From NCBI GenBank assembly GCA_048885865.1, contig JBHLLF010000003.1:64001-128000 (forward strand): a stretch of DNA of 64,000 nt, in the 5' to 3' direction. Below are positions 58,769-64,000 of the stretch, piece by piece (position 1 is the first letter of the stretch; every line of letters begins with the position of its first letter). The notes under the pieces were generated by a model. The model saw only the letters and a program-made list of their open reading frames with translations, did no database searches and was not told the origin of the DNA. The DNA is from Candidatus Hermodarchaeota archaeon (lineage in GTDB: Archaea > Asgardarchaeota > Thorarchaeia > Thorarchaeales > Thorarchaeaceae). The translations under genes were made by a program, and so were the position numbers.

Positions 58769-59689
58769 ACGCCTGGCTCTCCTTCTGCGCTCTTCCTCAG
58801 TTTCATCGGTTTCTGGAGGCGGGGGCGGCGGCGGAGGCTTCACCGTCGGAGGATCTTCCGACTCTTCAGGGGCCTCTTCATCTTCAGCATCTGTCGAGGC
58901 AGATTCATCATCTTCATACTCGTCTTGAAGTGGCGGCTCGTCATATGGACTCCATAATTCACGCCTAGGTGCGGCCACTGACTGGGATTCTTCAGCGCTT
59001 GGAGGCGACTCTAAAATCTCTAAGACATCATCATAGGTTTCGACTTCTAGGTCTTCATCCTCCGGAGGCATTAGCTCGTCATCGTCTGCTTCAGCCAACA
59101 CCGCCCTCATGACGTCTTCCGGCGTGGAGGGCACTGCCTTTTTGCCATCTTCCTTGTCGATTATAGGAGCTGGTTCATCCAACGGAAAGTCAGCAAGGAA
59201 GTCTCGTTTTACTCCCTCAAATGCGAGCTCATCTTCTGACATGGATTCCTCTGCACCTACAAATGTTTCAACCTCATCTATGGAAACTGGTTCGGAGGGT
59301 GGCATCTCAGGTTCATCTCTGATCACTTCTAAAGTATCAGGTTCACCTGTTGGCTCCATGGTAACCAGTTCCTCATCGATTTCTGATATATCTTCAACCT
59401 CTGGCTCGACGTCTGGGATTGGTTCCTCGAAATGCGCTGGTTCTTCGATTTCTCGTGGCTCATCTACCTCAGGATCATCTGAACCATACTTCATTCCCAG
59501 CTCCTTGCCTAGGCAGGACTCACATCGTTTTGCCGCAGCTACCAATCCCTCAGCTAAGAAATCATCAATAGTCTTGGCTTCCTTTGGATGCTTTCGCGCC
59601 CACCGCAGAAATGAATCTACCATTCGAAGTGCATCACGGACGCCCATCCAGTAATTGTCATCTCTTTCCTCTGAGGACACATGTGCCAC
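58751..59689 (-). CDS. Acidic low-complexity protein with folded N-terminus and C-terminal polyproline tract
   Basis: YWMGVRDAL...CESC N-terminus; E/D/P-rich body; KPPPPPPPPE; C-terminal EEERRRRARRLFFGT. Confidence 0.7.
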   Translation of the reverse strand: MAHVSSEERDDNYWMGVRDALRMVDSFLRWARKHPKEAKTIDDFLAEGLVAAAKRCESCLGKELGMKYGSDDPEVDEPREIEEPAHFEEPIPDVEPEVEDISEIDEELVTMEPTGEPDTLEVIRDEPEMPPSEPVSIDEVETFVGAEESMSEDELAFEGVKRDFLADFPLDEPAPIIDKEDGKKAVPSTPEDVMRAVLAEADDDELMPPEDEDLEVETYDDVLEILESPPSAEESQSVAAPRRELWSPYDEPPLQDEYEDDESASTDAEDEEAPEESEDPPTVKPPPPPPPPETDETEEERRRRARRLFFGT

Positions 59690-59754
59690 CTACTTGCTTC
59701 AGTTATTAAAACGGAATAAAGGCTTTGTATCATACAGCAGTTACATTTCACACC

Positions 59755-60213
59755 TTATTCTTGTGTTGAGAGGGCAAGAATCTCTTCCATCAGTTCATCA
59801 AGTAGGTTTTGGATCTCTGTTCTTTTGAATTCATCAATATCTGAGCCTACACAGATGACTCTTGTGGGAATGCCTTCACCTAGATTCTCACGAATTTCGT
59901 TCCTATACATCGTTTCGATTTCAGGATCAGCATCTTTCAAGACGATGATAACACCAGTTGCCCCTTTGTAAGTAAGCGATAACAGGATATCAAGTGCAGA
60001 ATGCTTTGGAGACATGAAGAGTGTGGATACATCCGAATCCTCCCACTCCATCTTTACAGCTCCTATGCGAATGCCATCGACAGACATCACTTGTTCGTTG
60101 AACACGCCCAAGACCTGCTCCAACAGTCCATCCTCAGGACCAACTACTGTTACTTTGAAGAGATAGCGCGACTTCTCTTTCTTTTTCTTCGTTGATTTCT
60201 TCTTAGGTGACAT
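59755..60213 (-). CDS. Degenerate Ras/Rab-like small GTPase (pseudo-GTPase)
   Basis: YLFKVTVVG and TYKGATGVIIVL match Rab-like strands, but the GKS/T, DxxG and NKxD motifs are missing. Confidence 0.6.
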   Translation of the reverse strand: MSPKKKSTKKKKEKSRYLFKVTVVGPEDGLLEQVLGVFNEQVMSVDGIRIGAVKMEWEDSDVSTLFMSPKHSALDILLSLTYKGATGVIIVLKDADPEIETMYRNEIRENLGEGIPTRVICVGSDIDEFKRTEIQNLLDELMEEILALSTQE

Positions 60214-60371
60214 TCCGGCACCCCTCGTTATTGTTGAGTATATGGCGTGACTCAACAAACACTGATTTCTGACAGCCCCTTGATTGATATGTGTTGTGTG
60301 AACTTAGAATCTCTAAGAGGCGTATAGATTCTTAAGCCCCGTATAGGGGATTGCATATTGAGGCGATATCG

Positions 60372-60719
60372 ATGGCATCAGTTGCAGAGGTCTTCGAGGC
60401 CTTGAAACCTGTTCAGGACCCAGAACATCCCATTAGTATAACAGATCCCAGAATGGCCATTGTCAAAGAGGAATACATATCCATAACAGAAGAGGGAATT
60501 CAAGTCAAATTCAAGCCAACTGTTCCCCATTGTCCGATGGGAGGGCTAATTGGAATCTTGATACGCCATCACCTTGAAGAAATATATCCGGAAAGTGCTG
60601 TTTCTGTTAAGGTGCTACCAGGTTCGCACTCAAGAGAGCAGGAAGTCAATTCGATGATATCGGATGACGCAAAGTATACTGCAATCGTCCAGCAATTGAA
60701 GGAACGCGGAATGCTCTAG
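60372..60719 (+). CDS. DUF59/MIP18 (CIA2/FAM96-like) Fe-S assembly protein
   Basis: DPEHP, PTVPHCPMGGLIG, PGSH...VN..ISD. Confidence 0.8.
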   Translation: MASVAEVFEALKPVQDPEHPISITDPRMAIVKEEYISITEEGIQVKFKPTVPHCPMGGLIGILIRHHLEEIYPESAVSVKVLPGSHSREQEVNSMISDDAKYTAIVQQLKERGML

Positions 60720-60740
60720 AATATCGAGCATCCTTTTAGT

Positions 60741-61115
60741 GTGGGATGGATTTTGCGAGTGTCAGAAAGACTCATCATTCTTGGATTGGTCCTAGCGCTC
60801 ATAGGATTTCTTGTCATTGCGATCACAAGTTCATCCACCGAAGTTGGTTTTGTCTTTGTTTTCCCATTCTTCTTCATTGGTGATGTGTCTGAACCATTCA
60901 TGGCCCCAATTTTAGTATCTATGCTCCTGATGTTCATGATATTGTTCTTCTGGCTTCTAAGAGCTAGCAGTTACAAAGAGATTGAGAAATATGTGAAGAT
61001 AGCGTCTCTATGCGAATACTGTAGCAATCCCATTCCCAGTGGCTCCGCCTTCTGTCCCTCATGCGGACGGCCTCTTAGAGAAGAGACAGCAGATAGCGAT
61101 GAGCGGATGTATTAA
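60741..61115 (+). CDS. Small membrane protein with C-terminal Zn ribbon
   Basis: TM segments, GFVFVFPFFF (DUF131-like), CEYC...FCPSCG. Confidence 0.7.
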   Translation: MGWILRVSERLIILGLVLALIGFLVIAITSSSTEVGFVFVFPFFFIGDVSEPFMAPILVSMLLMFMILFFWLLRASSYKEIEKYVKIASLCEYCSNPIPSGSAFCPSCGRPLREETADSDERMY

Positions 61116-61130
61116 TGGAGGCCTTCTAGG

Positions 61131-61601
61131 ATGAGTCGAAATCTGATTAGAGTTGTCACCAGAGATGATGTGCCAGATATCATCGCAATAGAAAGAACAA
61201 GCTTCCCGAAACCTTGGGATGATGATATCTTCCGCATCTTGGGAGCTTGGCGAGGCCGAGTTCGGACCCAAAAAGGAAAGACTGTCTTCATGTATGTGAT
61301 TGAGGAAGATGGTGAATTGGCCGGATACATCGTCTGGGAAGAGGACGTCCAGTTAGAAGAAAGCCACCTTCTCAATATAGCAATTCGCCGAGAAAGCAGA
61401 CGTAGGGGACTAGGAAGAGAACTCCTAGACTACGCCTTTAGCATGATGCGTGAACGCAAAATGGCATCATGTCGATTGGAAGTGAGAGCGAGCAACACAC
61501 CTGCTCAAGCTCTGTACGCCAACGCAGGCATGTCTGTGCTATGCCGTGATGACCAATACTACGATGATGAAGACGCGCTTATCTATACAATTGGATTCTA
61601 G
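61131..61601 (+). CDS. rimI: RimI-like N-terminal acetyltransferase
   Basis: IERTSFPKPW, HLLNIAI, RRRGLG, LEVRASN, YY..EDA. Confidence 0.85.
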   Translation: MSRNLIRVVTRDDVPDIIAIERTSFPKPWDDDIFRILGAWRGRVRTQKGKTVFMYVIEEDGELAGYIVWEEDVQLEESHLLNIAIRRESRRRGLGRELLDYAFSMMRERKMASCRLEVRASNTPAQALYANAGMSVLCRDDQYYDDEDALIYTIGF

Positions 61602-61602
61602 C

Positions 61603-64000
61603 TTAGCTCTTTCTCGCCTTTGTGATTACCGGACCAAGATAGTCGTGATATAAACGAAGATATGATTCATCACGGGATACCAGAGCTAGAGGTGTGCCAG
61701 CCGTTTCGGATCCGCCAACCAAAACTTCCGATTTGTCAATAAGAGCCAAGGTTGTCGGTGCCTCTGTATGCCAAATCCTCCAGCCTTCGAGGGAGCTCAA
61801 TGCTGAATCCATCTCTTCGGTGTCAGGGACAACAAGAATCTTTCGACGAGGTCCTTTCGCTTTGGCTAGCTTCTTCAGGTCCAAACATTCAAGGTCCATT
61901 ACGGAAAGCACAACTGACTTTTCAGCTCGGGAAACCATGTCAAGCATGTGTGCGCAAATCTCATCGTTACCAGTAACATACCATGTGTTCTCGGTTGTGA
62001 GGGAAAGCAACTCCTCCCGCGCAATCTTGACAGCTTCAATTGTTTCGATAGATTGATTGGTCAGGTCAGATATGGCACCTATAGTTTCATCAAGGCCTCC
62101 CTTGAGCGAGGTGATGTCTTTCTTCTGCTCGGCGCTCCATTGCCTCAGAATCTTGTCTACGTGCTCACTCAGGCCATTGAATGCATCATTTCGAGTTTGG
62201 CGAAGATCTGAAAGGCCTTCATTTGCCTCATTCATTGCCTTTGCAGAGGAACCTGCAATCTCCGCATTCTTCACTGTTGTCTCATTTTGGGTACGCTCTG
62301 TGAGCCGTGCAGATTCACTGCCCACGTATGTCTTTAATTCAATACCCATGGATTCCAGCTTGCGAGATGCATATTGATTGGAAAACACTGAACTCTGCTT
62401 CGCTTCCTCGAGGGCTTTGTCCAGGCCTTTGGCTGCTTGCGTCACCATTCCATCAATAAGTGTCTTGGAGGTACTTGTGATAGACTTGGATGATTCAGAG
62501 AAGTCTGTGAGCGCCGTGTCAATGGTGGCTTTGGTTTCGTTCCCTATCTTGGCTGTCTGCTCAATGGCGTTTGATGAGGATGAAGCGATAACATCATTCA
62601 ATGTATTGGGCAGGTCAGATAGCGCCTCAGCCGCCTTTGTAAGAACATCCAAGCCATCATCACCAAACTGCACAGCGCTACCTTTGATGTCAGATTCTGT
62701 CTTCTTGAATAGGGCACGGCTCTTGGTTTCGACTTCCTTCAGATTCTTCTCCCCACGTTCTAGGACCTTTGCAGCAGTTGCATCTGCGGCTTTCTCCAAC
62801 TTGCCTCCAAGTGTGGAAATCTCACCTTCAAGCTTGTTGGCAAGCTGCTCAAGGGAGGATGTTAGATTGGATGAGGAGGTTTCGATTGTTTCTGAGGCTC
62901 CAGTGAAGGCGAGAGCGACCTCATTTCTTCGATCCTCAATTGCTGCCAATGCTTCTTCCCTAATTGCCCTAGCTGATTCCAGCCGAGAGGTTTCTTTCTC
63001 AGCGAGAGAGTTTTGGAATGCTTCAACATTGGAATTCGAAGCTTTTACAAGCTGAGATGCGAGATTATCCATCTTCTTACTGGTGTCTGCCAACAGAAGG
63101 TCTCCCGACTCTCTTTGTCTTGTTGTGTAGGCGTCTACTAGTTCAAGGAGTTTCCCTGTACTCTTTGCTATGCCGTCCTGAGTTGTTTCCTTGATGTTTG
63201 AAATACGCTCAGTGATGTTGTCTCGAGCACCAGTGACAGTTGCGCTGAACTCCCTCGAAACCTGATGTAGATTCTCCCCAAATTGATAGATTGTGCCAGT
63301 TTCTATTTCATTAAGCGCATCCTCTGTGCTCCTGACTGCATCCTCAATTCGGTTAAGCGTATCCGCCATAGACTCCGAGATTTCGGTTCGTTTGTTTGTA
63401 GATAACTCATCGAGGGCTTTCTTGATCGAGTCAGCGGCTCCTGCGAGCTCATCAATCCTCCCGCCCAACTGTGATGAGAAATCTTCTTGGAGTAGCATTG
63501 AGTCTTCTTGTAACGATGCCATTTCAGTTTTCAAAGCACCCTTGAACTCAGTATGTGCAGAAGAAATGAGGTCCCTCGCCTCAGATGTCTGGCTGGAGAG
63601 GAATCCATTGAATGTTGCCTCCAATCCTTTGATGAGGTTGGTGAATTGCTGTGCCAAATCTTCCAGGTGAACATGAAGCTCTTCCCGTATTCCCAATGCG
63701 TGCTGGTCAATACGCTCCACCTGGCCTGCCAGGGCTTTATCTATCTCTCTCTGCACTTTGTTGGCCTGACTTGTAAGAGTGCCTACACTTTGACCAAGCC
63801 GTTCATCAAGTTTCTCATTTAGATTCTCGTAGAGTGCTTTGGCATCTCGTATGTGAGAACGTGTGGTCGATACATATCCCGCACCAAGCTCAGAAAGATG
63901 TGTTCCAATTTCGGCTTCAAAGTCATGAGTTGCCTTCTTTACTGAGGTTAGAGCGGATGCATTCTTTGTTGATGATGTAGATATCACAGTGCTGAATGCG
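61603..64000 (-). CDS. Large coiled-coil/apolipoprotein-like helical protein with C-terminal TrmB/PLD-like domain (5' end outside the window)
   Basis: More than 650 aa of amphipathic helices, then TWYVTGNDEICAHMLDMVSRAEKSVVL...IDKSEVLVG. Confidence 0.7.
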   Translation of the reverse strand, partial: AFSTVISTSSTKNASALTSVKKATHDFEAEIGTHLSELGAGYVSTTRSHIRDAKALYENLNEKLDERLGQSVGTLTSQANKVQREIDKALAGQVERIDQHALGIREELHVHLEDLAQQFTNLIKGLEATFNGFLSSQTSEARDLISSAHTEFKGALKTEMASLQEDSMLLQEDFSSQLGGRIDELAGAADSIKKALDELSTNKRTEISESMADTLNRIEDAVRSTEDALNEIETGTIYQFGENLHQVSREFSATVTGARDNITERISNIKETTQDGIAKSTGKLLELVDAYTTRQRESGDLLLADTSKKMDNLASQLVKASNSNVEAFQNSLAEKETSRLESARAIREEALAAIEDRRNEVALAFTGASETIETSSSNLTSSLEQLANKLEGEISTLGGKLEKAADATAAKVLERGEKNLKEVETKSRALFKKTESDIKGSAVQFGDDGLDVLTKAAEALSDLPNTLNDVIASSSSNAIEQTAKIGNETKATIDTALTDFSESSKSITSTSKTLIDGMVTQAAKGLDKALEEAKQSSVFSNQYASRKLESMGIELKTYVGSESARLTERTQNETTVKNAEIAGSSAKAMNEANEGLSDLRQTRNDAFNGLSEHVDKILRQWSAEQKKDITSLKGGLDETIGAISDLTNQSIETIEAVKIAREELLSLTTENTWYVTGNDEICAHMLDMVSRAEKSVVLSVMDLECLDLKKLAKAKGPRRKILVVPDTEEMDSALSSLEGWRIWHTEAPTTLALIDKSEVLVGGSETAGTPLALVSRDESYLRLYHDYLGPVITKARKS

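Noticed and set aside
59109-59654. 181-aa Ser-rich + strand ORF (and similar Ser-rich ORFs at 61694-63670)
   Set aside because: Antisense shadows of Glu/Asp-rich genes on the minus strand
1-64000. Selenocysteine/pyrrolysine read-through, tRNA/rRNA, transposases, integrases, defence systems
   Set aside because: No gene appeared split at an in-frame TGA/TAG and no such motifs were recognised by eye; a tRNAscan/Infernal/SECIS search would be needed to exclude them fully

Overview
Gene-dense archaeal chromosomal segment of roughly 45-48% GC by eye, with GGTGA/GGAGG Shine-Dalgarno motifs. The gene content points to an Asgard archaeon, most likely Thorarchaeia: longin-like, V4R, PAC2, PDCD5, DUF35/thiolase, fused ADP-forming acyl-CoA synthetase and several eukaryote-like proteins. 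This assignment is inference. I saw no rRNA, tRNA, CRISPR array or mobile element. Main blocks: (1) 1-8.1 kb, an unusual locus with an intact amidohydrolase, a divergently transcribed degenerate paralog fused to a CDC48/VAT-N-like domain and a vWA domain, and a convergent operon of further vWA, CDC48N-vWA and coiled-coil proteins; (2) an E2F/DP-like winged-helix factor with a long palindrome just upstream of its TATA box; (3) mixed housekeeping genes; (4) a glycerol(-lipid) catabolic operon of FGGY kinase, glpABC, an alkyl-DHAP-synthase-like flavoprotein, a second CCG Fe-S protein and a radical SAM enzyme; (5) NAD salvage (pncB/pncA); (6) beta-oxidation and acyl-CoA genes; (7) tandem near-identical CdrS-like RHH genes, one missing from the ORF track, followed by tandem Cys-rich paralogs; (8) an acidic polyproline protein, a Rab-like pseudo-GTPase, a eukaryote-like CIA2/MIP18 protein and a large coiled-coil protein cut by the window edge. 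All family calls come from motif recognition by eye; no database searches were run.
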